DNA from: the human T2T-CHM13v2.0 reference genome, Homo sapiens
Direction: 5' to 3' (one strand)
Length of the DNA stretch: 64,000 nucleotides
Assembly (NCBI RefSeq): GCF_009914755.1
Contig: NC_060933.1
The notes beneath the pieces are model-generated. The model was given only the letters and a program-made list of their open reading frames with translations, did no database searches and was not told the DNA's origin. Position numbers and translations under genes: made by a program. This document shows, one piece after another, positions 31,218-53,576 of the stretch (position 1 is the stretch's first letter; each line of letters begins with the position of its first letter).

Positions 31218-34216
31218 CATTTGATTTTAATTTGAGAGATAAAATGATGTTAGAAATGTTTTTAAACAAGCAAGCAAGGTAATCTTTAGTACAGTAGCTC
31301 ATAGTGTATACATCTGGAAATTAGCACCATCTACTGGCAAAGAGAAACAATAACTTGGTATGTCATAGTATTGTGTACACTTTCATAGGTTTTATTTGTT
31401 TTGAAAAGCTGTTCCCGGGGGAAATAAATATTTTATAATTTTTTAGTATGTTTATTTTTGTTTCCTATATATTTTTCTTAAAATTCCAAGTATCAATTAC
31501 TTATATATGGCACATTTGTGTAACCGAGACTACATTTAGATGAGGAAAAATACAACAAAAGGTATCATTTTATAGTTGTCATTCTGTCTGTATTTTTCAA
31601 AGCATGTACAAAAAATTTTCAATTTGTTGGAGTGATAAGAGCAAGAACAAAGCTGTCATACTGGACTAACATGAACTGTATTTAGTTTATCATTGTGTTT
31701 TGTCTTAGTTAAGTGATACTGTCTTCGATAGAGGAGTGGAATTGATAGTAGAGTGAAAACAGAGTTCTCAATGACTAAGCCTGGGAAGCTTCTCTCTGCC
31801 TAACTTTTTGTATATACCTAAATTCTGCTCTCACTTTTTCTTAAACTGGTTGAGATTTCATTTGTTTGTGGCCTAGGGTCTTGTTTGTATCCCGTTTGAG
31901 ACGTTTATTCTTTCGTTATTTTTTCTCTCCATTAACTTAACCTATAGTTAAATGTATGAGAAGTCAGTTGTTTTCTCATTCCACTTCCTCTCTCATTTTG
32001 TGATATGTTTTCTTTAGGCACTTTACAAGTTAAAGTTACCTTGGATATGATAATTTTAGTTAAAGGTGAAATTATGTTTACAGAAGGGTTACAAGGTTAT
32101 TACCTAATAAGTGTTGGTTGAGGGATTTATTAAAAGAATTTTAAAGGCTAATTTGTTATAGAGCAGGAATGGTTGTTGAGTGTGCCATTGGTCTGATATG
32201 TTTACTTGTAAGTCTACTGAGCACAATAAACAATTGTTCTTTTGCCCTGTGGCTACTTAACTCTCAAATGAAAACAGTTTTTTTGTTTAAAATGTTAACT
32301 TATTGTAGGTGTGCTTTAGAAAGATCTGATTAAATAGAAGAGTTGCAATAATTGCAAATTTTTTAATGTCTTATACTATAATGTCACATAGTTGAATACC
32401 GAAGTCCAAGATTGCTATTGTAATAGTATAGGTTTTTAACTCACGTTAAAGTTAGGCTTAGTGTAAGGAATGAAAATGGGTCATTTATAACATTCTTTTG
32501 GTTGTTTTTCTGAATATTTTACTTTTGGGTGCTCATTACTGCTAAGGTGAAAACAAATCCCCCTTTCTTAATGTAATCTATAATAGATATAAAAATACAT
32601 TTAAAAATTAAGTGTGTATACTTTTCCCCCATTACCTAACCAACTTCTTAGAAATTAGTTCTATATTCAAAGAGAGAACTATACAGACTTTCAAATTTTC
32701 TATGAATGTGTAAAAATTTTAAATCATACTAGTTGTTTTTAAAAATCTTATAGAACATGTACAATTTTAAAGCCATACAAATGGTCTTCAGAAATCTTTT
32801 TACTACTCTCAGATAGTTTATTCTTTTTTCTCAAACTCTTTAATTATCAACTAATGCTTTGATTTGCTGTATTTTGGATTTTGAATCCAGATTGACTGCT
32901 AATAAATGATTTAATTCAGGGCTACTTTTCATCATGCTGAGTTTTAGGTTAGAGGGTAACAAGATGAATGATTTCTGTCATCTAAGAACTATTGTAGTTC
33001 ATTATGAGCATTATAGCCTTTATTTTATATTATAAAGAATAATGTATAAAGAGCTATTTTTAGGCATAGGAACCAATTGGTTTAGTTTTACAGAGCCATC
33101 AGAATGTAGTCTGAGCTGAGATGTTAAAATAAAATAAGAATCCCAAAGTCAATGACTATGGTAATATTTGAGTGGCACCTTGAAGAGTAGGAAGGAATTG
33201 GTAAGTGGAGATGAAGAAGAAAGGGTGCTTTAGGCTAAACAGACTATTGTATCTTTTTATTTAGTCGCTGAAGCAGTATTTTGGCAAACATTTCATATTT
33301 CATGAACATTGAAGAATTCTGACTTTATAAATCGTGAATTGCAATAAGATTAATAGCTTCTTTTAAAAGAGATATGATATTCTTTCATGCCATGTCTTTT
33401 ATTTACCCCGTTAGAAAGAAGATATGTTCTACTTTAAGCACAAAATTGTCAGCCAGAGTATTTGGAGAATGGAGAGAAAAAAGCAGTATGTTTTCCAATA
33501 GATCTTACTGCTAGTATTCGAATAGATGCTTAGAACAAATGAAGTTTAAAAAAATAATTTACCATAGATGGGATGAATTATTTTTAATCACAGTTTAATT
33601 TGGTTAAAACTTAAGCTTAGTGAACTAAATTAAAGAACAGCTTCATATTCTTTCAGCTGTATAGAAATGTGTTTTTCCTTAATACAAATCTGCCTCCTTG
33701 TGAGCCGTCATGTACCTTTGTATAGATTGTAGTTTATGTCCTGCACAGTGGGGCACAGGTGAATATGTTATTTGAGATTGAAATGTAGCCCTTGCTTTTA
33801 CCAAAGGACCCTTTCTCTAATTCATTTTCCCAGAGGACAAAGACACTGTGTAGGAGTTCCTACCCCTGGAAATGATTATACATTTGTTTTGTTACTGGAT
33901 TCAGCACTTAGCTTCTAGAACAATATAGGCACAAATTAAGAGCTCACTAAATATTTCATATATCTATAAAGTATTCAGAAGTCCACAGTTTACATTCTTC
34001 TCTGATCATGACTTTTTGGCAGATGACATATGTTTCATGTGATTTAAAAAATTGCCTCCCTACCCAAGTTGTGCTTTTATTGAAATCAAGTTAAATGTTT
34101 ATATGGAAAATTCCATTTGTTGTGTTTTGCCAAATTGTTGTTGCTGTTAGGTTAGATTTTAATTTCTGTTCTTCTGATTCCATTAATATATTAAAATGTT
34201 TACATTTCATTTTCAG

Positions 34217-34401
34217 GTATATTACATTTTTTTGCCCGCATGACCTAGTTTCCCAGGGCTATTCATATCTACCTGTTCAACTACTGGCTTCGGGAATGAA
34301 GGAAGTGACCAGAACTTGGAAAATAGTAGGTGGAGTCACACATGCTAATAGCTATTACAAAAATGGCTGGATAGTCATGATAGCTATTGGATGGGCCCGA
34401 G
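34217..34401 (+). CDS. TMEM38B: TMEM38B coding exon 3
   Basis: Acceptor tttcag|G, donor G|GTAAT, 185 nt. Encodes YITFFCPHDLVSQGYSYLPVQLLASGMKEVTRTWKIVGGVTHANSYYKNGWIVMIAIGWAR, including the TRIC KEVxR motif. Confidence 0.97.
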
Positions 34402-35213
34402 GTAATATTGACAATATGTGTTCATAAATATTCTGTTGTTGGTGTATTATTAATACCATTACTGAACAATTCTCTAGTTACATTAATGGATCACATACTT
34501 TAATAACAGAGACTTTTTGGAAGGTAAAAACCTTGTTTCTGTTGGCTGGTAAAGTTAATTCAAAACTAGTACTAGTCCTAAGCCATTATTTTGAGCCTGA
34601 GTGTCTTATGATAGAAAATTTTTATGATTGGTTTGATTAAGATCCCCAGAACCAGAAAGATTTATAGTTAATTAAGGTATAGTGCCTCTGTAAATAAAAT
34701 AAGTTTACATAAGAAATTATGTGGTACATATGAATAAAAAATATTGCTCTGTCTTTTCTGTGTTTTTTTCATTCAGAATTACTAGAAATAATAAATATGA
34801 TTGACTATGGGTTCATGATCATTGAACTTTACATCACTTGCCTTTTTGTTTTGCATGTAGGAATTGAACAAATCTCTGTAACCTCTTTTTACAGTATACT
34901 GCACCTGAAACCGGTCGTATCAGGAAAGGAAATGATAAAGCAGAGGATTTTATTTTTCAGTTCTGAAACAAACTTCTAACCATATCTTTGTGCCCGAGGC
35001 CCCAGTTTTAACAGTTGACATGCTGGTGAAAGGGAAGAATTGCAGTTGTTTTAGTACCCTAAATGTACAAGGCAACTTTTTTCTTCTTTCCAAGAATTAT
35101 ATTTTGGGAATCCTCTTGGAATGTATTATCAGGTGATAGAATTATGGCTCCCTTTAAATATGTTTTACAGGAAAATTTGGCCAAATATTCTTGTTTTATT
35201 TTCATATTTTTAG

Positions 35214-35301
35214 GTGCAGGTGGTACCATTATAACGAATTTTGAGAGGTTGGTAAAAGGAGATTGGAAACCAGAAGGTGATGAATGGCTGAAGATGTCAT
35301 A
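35214..35301 (+). CDS. TMEM38B: TMEM38B coding exon 4
   Basis: Acceptor ttttag|GT, donor TA|GTAAG, 88 nt. Encodes (G)AGGTIITNFERLVKGDWKPEGDEWLKMS(Y). Confidence 0.97.
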
Positions 35302-35915
35302 GTAAGTTGGTATAAATTATACTGAGACCTAGATGTTTATCCTTAGATCTTACCAAATTCCTTTTTAAGAACATTTTAGGGACTTTAAATGTGGGTGGAA
35401 TATAGCTGAAAATATAAATAGTAATGATAATGGGAAGAGAACTAGCAAATTTTGTTCTTTTAAAAAGTCTGCTTTCTCAAATGTAGTTTAAAATATATAT
35501 TTTCCTTCTCTGTGGGTTTCTCTCCTTAGAAAACAAAATCAAACAAAAACCTCTAGATTATAGTAGAATTGTGGGAAAAGTATATATTTATAAAGTGAAA
35601 GCTACGTAGGAATAGACTTCTCTGGATGAAAATGAATCGGTGATAGGCTCTTGGCATTTTCATTAATGACTATGACATCATCCAGATTTCAGGCTATATA
35701 TGTAGTTCTGATAGTAAAATGTTAAGTTTATGGGATCAAATCAATACATTATCATAAAGTGCTTTGAGTTGCTTTAAAAAATGTCAGTTGAGCTTAATTA
35801 CAGATTAAAATAAGAGAAAGATTAGAGAAATAACCCATTGTGTGATACAAACTGCCTTTTGCATCTATTTAAGATAATCTGTTCTCTGAAGACACTGACT
35901 TAGTCTTATTTATTA

Positions 35916-36817
35916 CTTTTTTAAAGAGACAGATTCTGTTGTTCAGGCTTTAGTGCGATGGTGTAGTCATAGCTCACTGCAGCCTAGACCTCTTAGGCTC
36001 AAGTAATCCTCCCACTTCAGCCTCCCAAGTATTAATAGTTGGGACTACAGGTGTGTGCTATCATGCCTGGCTAATTTTTGTAATTGTATTTTTTTTTTTT
36101 TTTTGAGACAGGGTTTTATTCTGTCACCCAGGCTAGAGTGCAGTCACTGCAGTCTTGATCTCTTGGGCTCAAGTGATCCTTCCACCTCAGCCTCCTGAGT
36201 AGTTGTGACTACAGGCATCTGCCATCATGCCCTGCTACTTTTAAAAATTTTTGTAGAGACAGGGTCTCATCTCAGTATGTTGCCTTGGCTGGTCTTGAAT
36301 TCCTGGGCTCAAGCGATCCTTGTACTTTGGCCTCCAAAAGTGCTGGGATTACAGATGTGAAGCACCACACCCAGCCAGTATTTTTATTTTTGTAGAGATG
36401 GGGTCTTGCTGTGTTGCCCAGGCTGGTCTTAACTTTTGCCTCAAGTGATCTTCCTTCCTTAGCCTCCCAAGGGGCAGGGATTACAGGCATGAGCCACTGT
36501 GCCTGGCCGAACTCAGTCTTTATTTTGTTTTGAGTCAGAGTTTCGCTGTTGTCACCCAGACCAGAGTGCAATGGTGTGGTCTCGGGCTCACTGCAACCTC
36601 CGCCTCCCAGGTTCAAGCAGTTCTCCTGCCTCAGCCTCCTAAGTACCTGGGATTTTGGGCGTGTGCCACCATGCCCAGCTAATTTTTGTATTTTTAGTTG
36701 AGATGTGGTTTCACCATGTTGGCCAGGCTGGCCTCAAACTCCTGACCTCAGGTGATCCACCCACCTTGGCCTCCCAAAGTGCTGGGATTACAGGCTTGAG
36801 CCACTGTGCCTGGCCCA
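35916..36817 (-). mobile_element. Cluster of nested and tandem minus-strand Alus
   Basis: About three Alu equivalents; flanks share GACTTAGTCTTA / ACTCAGTCTT motifs. Confidence 0.88.
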
Positions 36818-37032
36818 GACTCAGTCTTAAATAAGTCACAGATACGTTTCTCATGTACCTAAAAATGAGGTAGAGAAGTATAGTTACTGTTCCCATAATT
36901 CAAGAAGGAAAAGACTTAGAGAATGGTGGCTGTAATAAGCAAGGTGAGGAAAGACTTCATGTAAAAATAAGCTCATTTTCTAATTTAAATTGGATTAAAA
37001 ATAGATTATAATGGATTGAAAATGAAGGTTGA

Positions 37033-37423
<391 letters not shown>

Positions 37424-38149
37424 TTAGAAATAGAACAAAGGAAGCTTTGATTAACGATAAGTTATAAATAAGATACTCTTGATATTCAGGGGAGATTTTT
37501 CTCATTTTGAGTATATGCCTTGAAACACCTTCCATAAAACATTTTTTTGGGCTTTTATAACCAAAATCAAATTATGTTTCTACTTTGTTCAGAAACCTTG
37601 CATTGATTCCTCCAAACGGCCTATAAGTCCCTCCAAATGTGCCTTTCCTCCTTTCCAGTTTGCTTTGATTTCATCTCTTGTTATTATTTCCCTTGCTCAC
37701 TCTACTCCATGCTTGAGCAAGTCAAGTATGGTCTAGTTTAGCACTAGCTTTTGTCACTACCTAGAACGATTTTTCTTAGATGGCTAACTCCCTTATTTAC
37801 TTTGCTCAAAGTATTTTCTCAATGCTTCCTTCTCAGTGAGGACTAACCTGCTTAAAATTGCAACACCTCGTTCTATTTTACTTTTTTTACAACATTTATC
37901 ACCTTCTAACATGTTATGTAATTTACTTAATCATTATGTTTATTCTCCCCTCCCCTTGGCTCCTCCTCCCACCCTTCAACGAATATAAAATGCTAGGGAC
38001 AGATATTTTTGTCTCTTTTGAATGCTCTTGTGTCCCAAGCACCTAGCACATAGTAGATAATACATACTAGATGACTGTATGAATTATCAACAACTGGGTC
38101 AAGTGAGATAGATCACTGGTTCATTATGATGGTTTGTGTTTATGTATAT

Positions 38150-39300
38150 AGTCATGTGTTGCTTAACGATGGGGATATGTTCTCAGAAATGTGTCATTTC
38201 ATCATTATGTGAATGTTATCAAGTATACTTACACAAACCTAGATGGTATAGTCTACTACACACCTAGGCTATATGGTATAGCCCATTTCTGTTAGGCTAC
38301 AAACCTTTACAGCATGTTACTGTAGTGACTACTATAGGCAATTTTAACGTAGTAGTAGGTATTTGTGTATCTAAACATACCTAAAGAGAAAAGATGTGGT
38401 AAAAATATGGTCTGAAAGATAAAAAATGATACACTTGTATAGGGTACTTAGCAAGAATGAAGGTGGCAGGACTGGAAGTTGCTCTCTGTGAGCCACTGAG
38501 CAAATGGTAAGTGAAGACCTAGGACATTAGTGTGCACTACTGTAGACTTTATAAACACTGTACACTGAGGCAACACTAAATGTATAGAAAAAATTGTTCT
38601 TTAATAATAAATTAACCTTAGCTTACTGTAACTTTTTTCTTTTTTAAAAAATTTCCCTTTACTTATTTTTAAAAATTTTTAAGTATTATGGGTACATAAT
38701 AGTACATATTTATGGGGTACATGTGATATTTTGAACCAGGCATGCAGTGTGTAGCGACATCAAGGTAATTGGGATATCCATCACTTCAAGCATTTATCAT
38801 TTCTTTGTATTAGGAACATTCTAATTCTACTCTTTTAGTTATTTTGAAATGTACAATAAATTATTGTTAACTATATTGTACTACTATGCTACCAAATACT
38901 AGATCTTATTCCTTCTAACTGTAATATTTTTACTTGATAAACTTTAAATTTTTAAAAACTTTTTGAAGCTTTCGTAGTAACACTTAGCTTAAACACAAAC
39001 ATTATACAGTTGTATAAAAATATTTTCTTTGTATTCTTATTCTATAAGTGTTTTTCTGTTTTTAAGATTTGTTTTTTACTTTTTAAACTTTTTTTGTTAA
39101 AAATGAAGACATAAACACACACATTAGCCTCGGCCTACCCAGGGTCAGGATCATCAATATCATCATCTTCCACCTCCACATCTTGTCCCACTTGAAGGTC
39201 TTAGGGGCAATAATGCACATGGAGCTTTCATCTCCTATAATAACAGTGCCTTCTTCTGGAATATTTCCTGAAGGATCTGACTGAGGCTGTTTTACAGTTC
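38150..39300. mobile_element. Tigger3 (Golem)-like DNA transposon interrupted by an L1MA 3' fragment (~38640-38920)
   Basis: AGTCATGTGTTGCTTAACGATGGGGATATGTTCTCAGAAATG terminus and CACACCTAGGCTATATGG motifs. Confidence 0.75.
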
Positions 39301-40110
39301 ACTTAAAAAATAAATAAATAAATAATAGAAAGAGGCCAGCTGCAGTGGCTCATGTCTGTAATCCTAGTACTATGGGAGGCTGTTGCAATCTCTATCTTTT
39401 AATTGGAGGGCTTGGTCCAATTAATTTGTAACTTGGGGTGATAAAATATATGAGTATATATAAATTGTATTAAAATAACATAATTATTGATATGGTTGCA
39501 TTTAGGTCTATGATTTTATTATTTATTGTTTCCTCTAGTCCTTTTTTTTGCCTTCTGTTGAATCCAAGAGAGTATTTGTAGGAATTCCATTTTAATTTAC
39601 TTGTTGGCTTATTAGCTATACCTCCTTGAATTATTATTTTTACTGGTTGTACTAGCAATTATATCTTCAATTTTTCATAGACTACTGAGAACATTATACT
39701 GCTTCATATTCATCATCTCACATAGTTTCTTATTTTGTGTGTGTGCAGCAGGAGCAGCCACAGTCTACCCATTTAACAAAAATCCTGAATACATTACACT
39801 ATAATTAGCTATCGTCCTTGTGTTATACATTAGATCTTTAGACTTGTTCATCCTACATGTGTGCTTCTTTGTATCCACTGACCTATATTTCACATTTCCT
39901 CCCCCGACCCTGCCCACTGGTAATTGCTGTTGTATTCTCTGTCCTTGTATATTTGACTTTTTTTCCCCGAGATCCCATGTGAGATCATGCAGTAATTTTC
40001 TTTCTGTGTCTGATTTATTTCATTCAGCATAATGTCCTCTAGATTCATCCATGTTGTAGCAAATGGCAAGATCTCCCTTTATAAGGCTAAATAGTATTCC
40101 ATTGCATATA

Positions 40111-40346
40111 CAAGGTGACTATCTCTTATTTGAAGTGGTTGGGACCAGAAGTGTTGTGGATTTCAGATATTTTTGGATTTTGGAATATTTGTATTATATA
40201 CTTACTTGGTTGAGCATCCCAAATTCAAAAACCTGAAGACCAAAATGTTCCAATGAGCCTTTCTTTTGATCATGTTGGTACTCCAAAAGTTTAGTATTTT
40301 AGAAGATTTAGAATTTCAGATTTTTGGATTAGGGATGCTCAACCTG
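40111..40346. mobile_element. Tigger4/MER46-like MITE
   Basis: GGGACCAGAAGTG...GGTTGAGCATCCCAAAT...GATGCTCAACCTG. Confidence 0.75.
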
Positions 40347-40769
40347 TATATATCACAGTTTCTTTATCCATTCATCTGTTGATATGGTTTGGGTGTTTGT
40401 CCCCTCCAGTTCATGTTGAAATGTGATTCCCAATGTTGGAGGTGGGGACTGGTGGGAGGTGATTGGATCATGGGGGTGGATCCCTCATGAATTATTTATT
40501 ACCATCCTCTTGTGATAAGTGAGTTCTTGTTCACTGAGTTCACACAAGATCTGGTTGTTTGAAAGTCTGGTTCCTTTCCCTCCTCGTTCTCTTGTTCCCA
40601 GTCTCACCATGTGATGTCCTCCCTTTTTGCCTTCTGCCATGATTGTAAGTTTCCTGAGGCTCTCACTAGAAGCTGGGCAGATTTTGGTGCCACTCTTGTA
40701 CCTCCTGCAGAACTGTGAGCCAATTAAGCCACTTTTCTTTATAAATTACCAAGCCTCATGTATTTCTTT

Positions 40770-45943
<5,174 letters not shown>

Positions 45944-48554
45944 GCCTCATGTATTTCTTTATAGCAACACAAACAGCCATCTCTTGATGGACACCTAGGT
46001 GGTTCTCCATCTTGGCTATTTGAATTTGGTTTACTGATATGGTATTGAGGTTTTTTACATCAATTTTCATGAGAGATATTGGCTTGCAGTTTTCTTTTTT
46101 CTTTTTTTTTTTTTTTGCGGTGTCTTTGTCTGTATTAGGCATGAGCTGATGATGGCCTCTGAAAGTGTGTTAGGCATATTCCCTCTAGCTGTGTTTCCTT
46201 GGAAGAGTTTAAGAAATATTGGTATTAATTCTGTTTTGAAAGTTGGTAGAATTCAGCTGTGAAGCCATCTAGTTCTGGGCTTTTTATTCCCTTGGGAGAC
46301 TTTAAGTTTATATTCCAGTCTCTTTGTTTGTTATTGACCTGTGCAGGCTTTGTACTTCTTCCTGATTTAATCTTGGTTGGTTATTTTTTTAAGGAATTTA
46401 TTCACTTACTCTAGGTTATCCAGTTTGTTGGCATATAATTGTTCATAGTAGTTGCTTATTATTCTTTTTATTTCTGTGGTGTCTGTTGTAATGTCTCTAC
46501 TTTTATTTCTGATTTTATTTAAGTCTTCTATCTTTTTTGCTGAGCGTAGCTAAGCATTTGTCAATTTCGTTTAGATTTTCAAAAAACCAACTCAGTTTGA
46601 TTGATTTTTTTCCCCTATGTTTTTTCTATTTGATTTATTTCTGTATTCTTTCCTTCTTTGTGCTAATTTTGGGTTTACTTTGTTCTTTTTTTATTTCCTT
46701 GATGCATAATGTTAGTTATTTATTTGAAATATTTCTTTTTTTAATGTAGTTATTTATTGCTATAAACTTCCCTCTTAGACCCACTTTTGCTGCATCATGT
46801 AAGTATTGGTATATCTTATTTCCATTGTCATTTGTTTCAGAATATTTTTAAATTTCCTTTTTGATTTCTTCTTTGACCCGTTGGTTGCCCAGGAGCATCC
46901 TGTTTAATTTTCACATATTTTTGAATTTTCCAAAATTCCTCCTGTTGTTGATTTCTAGTTTTATACTATTGTGGTCAAAATGACACTTGATGTGACTTTA
47001 ATATTATTAAATTTGTTAGGACTTGTTTTGCAGCCTAACATGTGGTCCATCCTGGAGAATGTTTTATGTGCACTAGAGAAGAATGTGTATTTTGCTGTTG
47101 TTGGATGGAATATTCTGTAGATGTTTATTAAGTCCATTTGGTCTAAAGTATAGTTCACATTCAGTATTTCTTTATTAATGCTTTCTCTGGTTGATATGTG
47201 TTGAAAGTGAGGTATTGACGTACCCTACTATTATTGTATTGCTGTTTCATCCCTTCCTGTCTATTAATATTTGTTTTATATATTTAGTTGCTCCAATGTT
47301 GGGAACATATATATTTATAATTATTATGTCTTCTTGATGAATTGACTTTTTTATCATTAAATACTGACCTTTGTCTTTTCTGAAAGTTTTTGACTTGACA
47401 TCTGTTTTATCTGATATACGTATACCCACCTCTGCTCTTTTTTGGTTACCATTTGCATGGAATATGTTTTTCATTCATTTACTTTCAGCCTGTGTGCATC
47501 CTTAAAGCTAAAGTGAGTTCCTTGTAGGCAGCATGTAGTTGGATCTTTTTTTTTTTTTTTGTCAGTTCAACCATTATATATCTTTTTTAGGGCATTTAAT
47601 CCATTTACATTCATCCTAGAAAAGGGATTTTCTCCTGCCATTTTGTTAATTGTTTTCTGTTTATTTTGTAGATCCTTTGTTCCTTTCTTCCTCTTGTTGT
47701 TTACCTAGCTTTATTTCATTTTTCTCTCTAATTTGCATATTTACTGTATTTTTTGTGTGGTTACCATTGGGCTAACATTAAGAATCTTTCAGTTAAAACA
47801 GACTATTAGACTATTTCAAGCTGATAACAACTTAACTTTACTCACATAAAAGTACTCTAGACATTTTCCCTATCCTTAATTTATATTTTTGTTGCCTTAA
47901 TTTACTTTTTTACCTTTTGTGTGTTCCTTAACTTTGAATTATAGATGTTGTTTTTGACCATTTTGGCTTTTTATGTTTATACTAGAAGATTGAAAGATTT
48001 ATATAGCACCATTACAGCACTGGGGTATTTTGAGTTTGATTTTGAAGTTACTTCTAGTGGTGAATTATATACTTTCACATACTTTCATGATAGTAATTAT
48101 TGTCCCTTTGCTTTCAGTTGTGGCACTCTTAAGCATTTCTTGTAAGACTGGTCTAGTGGTGATGAATTCCCTCAGCTTTTGCTTATCTGGGAAGGTCTTT
48201 ATGTAACCTTAATTTCTGAAGAATAGCTTTGCTGGGTATAGTATTTTTGGCTGCAGTTGTTTTCTTTCAGCTGTCTAAATGTATCATCCCATTTTCTCTT
48301 GGCCTGTAAGATTTCTGTTGAGAAGTCAACTAATGATATAATGGAGATTCCCTTGTATGTGACATGTCAGTTTTCTCTGGATGTTTTTAGAATTCTCTCC
48401 TTGCCTTTTACTTTTGACAGTTTGGTGATTATGCATCTTGGTAAAGATGTCTTTGGGTTGAACCTGTTTGGGGAGTTTTGAGCTTCCTGGATGTGGATAT
48501 CAGTATCTCAACCAAGACTTGGGAAATTTTCAGCAATTTTCATTTATTAAAAAA

Positions 48555-48850
48555 AATTTTTTTAGAGACAGTGTCTTGCTCTGTTGCCCAAGCTGGAGTG
48601 CAGTGGCATGGACATAGCTCACTGTAATCTCGAACTCTTGGGGTCAAGTGATCTTCCCCTCCTCAGCCTCTCAAAAATAGCTGGTATTTAGAGATTGCTG
48701 CACCATGCCTGACTAACTAAAACACATTTTTTTTGTTTTTTTTTTTTTTGGTAGAGATAGGATCTCACTATGTTGCCCAGGCTTGTCCTGAACTCCTGGC
48801 CTCAAGCAGCCCTCTCATTTTGGCTTTCCAGAGTGCTGGGATTACATGTG
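48555..48850 (-). mobile_element. AluJ
   Basis: Diverged Alu reverse complement. Confidence 0.85.
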
Positions 48851-51394
48851 GATTATTTTATTAAATAAGCTTTCTGTCCCTTTTACTGTCCCTTCTCCTT
48901 CTGTAGCTTTCATAATGTGAAAATTTGTTTGCCAGATAGTGTCCTATAAGTCCCATAGGCTTTCTTTACTCTTTTTCATTCTTTTTCCTTTTTCCTCCTG
49001 ACTGGTTAATTTCAAACACTTGTTTTTAAGTCACAATTCTTTTTTCTACTTTTCTAATCTGCTATTGCAGCTCTATTTTTTTTTTAAATTCATTCATTGG
49101 ATTCTTCAGCTCCAAGATTTTTGATTGGTTCTTTTTAAATGATTTCTGTCTCTGTTGAGCTTCTCATTCAGATAACTAATCGTTTTCCTGGTTTTGTTGA
49201 ATTATCTATCTGTATTCTCTTGTGTCTCACTGAGTTTCCTTAAGATCATTATTTGAATTCCTTTTTAGGCAGTTTATAACTTTTCATTTCTTTGGGGTCA
49301 GTTACTGGAGAATTACTGTGTTTCTTTTGTGGTGTCACATTTCCTTGCTTTTTCCTATTTTGTGTGTCCTGTCCAGCATTTATATCTGTACATCTCATGG
49401 AACAATCACCTCTTCCAAACTTTACATAGTGGTTTTCATAGGGAAAGGCTTTCACCTGTGTGTACCAGTTGGGCAGGTTATGGTGACTCTTGTTCTGAGT
49501 GGGCACACTGGTGTAGTTTCTGTGCAGCTTCTTTAACTATAATCAATGTCATTGATGACCTTGGGTGCCTAAGTGGCTTAAGCTTTTAAGAGCTTGTGGC
49601 AGCAGTACTGGCAGCATGAGTTGTTAGGATCCTCAGTTGCAAGGACTTTTGGGGTCCTCTAGTTCTTGTTTTCCCAGCAACGGGATGGATCCTAGCTGAG
49701 GGGATCCTTCTTGGTGTCTGATCTGACATGGCCCACAGGCAGTCACAGCAGTGCTGGGCTGCAGGGTGCGTGCTTGGATTGGCCGTGGGGCCAATGTGCT
49801 GAGCTTGAAACTTCTGTAGCACCTTGGGCTACACATTTACTCTATGAGGTCAGAGTAGATGCAGATCGGCCACAAAGTTAGGGTCTGTGATGCTGAGGTT
49901 CACCACAGCAGTTTGTTCCCATGGGGCAGGGATGTAGCTGTGACTCTAATCCTGGGGGCAGGGCACAGAACTGGCATAGCTCTGGAGAAGAAGGGGTGCT
50001 CCAGAGGCCTGAGTCGCAGGGAGTAAGAGTCCCAGAGTCAAGAGTACACACCAGAAACTCAGCCCTGGGGCATGAGGCACTATGCAGTGGGGACTCTGGA
50101 CCCTGGGCTGGTAGTATATGGCAGAGGCCCAAGTTTTGTCAGGCCATGTGCAGCAACAACAGTTACCCAGTAATGGTGGAGCACAGCTGTGTCTTGGGCC
50201 CTGGAGGGCAAGCAGTAGCACAATGACGACTCTACTCTCTGAGGAAGTGGGATGCCTCAGCAGCGTAGACGCTGGGGACTAGTCCAGTTCTGTGGAAGTA
50301 GGGTGTTGCATCCGTTCCACCTGGAAGACAGGGTGGTTCAGCTCAACCAATGCTCTATTTCCCTGGGATGCGGGACCCTGCATGTTTCAGGTGCCAAGGG
50401 GGATCAACTGCTTGGCTAGACCAGTGCACAGGTTCCCTGGGAATTGGAGTGCCACGTCAGCTCCGGTGCTGCTTTGGCTCAGGTGTCAGAGGTGTGACTG
50501 CTCTGCTTGGCCAAAGTCCTTATTTCTCAGAAGGTGAAGTGCTGCATTAGCTTAGACCCTGAGGAGTAGGACACAGAAACAACTGGGATGCAGGGGATGG
50601 AGTGGCTCCATAGCAGCTTGACCCCAAGGGTAGGGCATTGTAGCAGGTAGGCTTGAGGATGGCAGGTCACCAGACAGGCATGGTGCAGTGATAACAAAAC
50701 CTCAGGGATGGAAGGGTACAGTAGCTATTTGCCTACAGAGCAGGATGCACTCCCAGAGAGGCTCTGCTTTCAAGATGGTGTAGCACAGTAGCAGGTTGGG
50801 CTACAGAAGATGAGGGAGGTGTAGGATTCTTCCTTGGGGTGAACACAGCCGTATGGACTCTGAACAATTCCCTCAGCTGGGCTCAGTACCTATGAGGTCT
50901 GCAGAAGTCCACAGTGGTGAAGACTGTGGGTGTTCACGGTGGTGGTGAGGGTTGTTGGGGTTCTTTTGTTTACCTTTTCTTGGAAGAGAGAAGTCCCTCC
51001 TGGTTTCAAGCTGACCCTGTCAGGGGAAGTAGTGGTGGAGACAAGGTCTTTTCTTCCCTTCTCTACATGGCCATACTCTGTTTTTGTGCTCTATATATAG
51101 AGTTGCTTCTACTCCTTTGCTGCATTCTGGTACTTTCCTTTAGTTATTTTCATCAAGATGTAGTTGTTATTTATTGTTTTGTTTGTTTGTTTTGGTGTGG
51201 GGGGCAGTGCTAGGAACTTGTAGTTGGCCACCTTGCTAACATCACTCTATTTTCTTGTTTCTTATGCTTTTGATGTCAATTTTTGATGTCAAGAAGAATC
51301 CATTGACAAATCTAAGGTCATGAAGATTTTCCCGTGTTTTCTTTTAAGAGTTAACTTAAAAGAAGCTCACAGATCCATATGAGTTAATTTTTTC

Positions 51395-53244
<1,850 letters not shown>

Positions 53245-53576
53245 CCTAGGTATTCTTTAAATGCTAGTACGTGGAATTGTTTCTTAATTGCCTTTCATAT
53301 TGCTTATTGCTGCCAGTTCATTTAATGAAAAAATCTAGTCCTGCCAAAAACGAAGTCAAGTTGTCCCCTGTCCCCACAAGTAACTCTTTTAGAGTGTTTT
53401 CCTTCTTTTCCTTCTCCACCTCCAAGTTTTAAGAAGTAAAATATACGTATTGTGGAAAATTTGGGGAAATGTTAACATAAAAGAAACTTCTAATCTATTG
53501 TTTAGTGACAATTTCTGTTAATGTGTCAGTATATTTCTATATTTTTCTGCATAAATATATTTTTACAGTAAATAAA

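Noticed and set aside
35063-35213. Upstream extension of exon 4 via the acceptor at 35170
   Set aside because: Would add 43 nt and shift the frame; the ORF extension is intronic.
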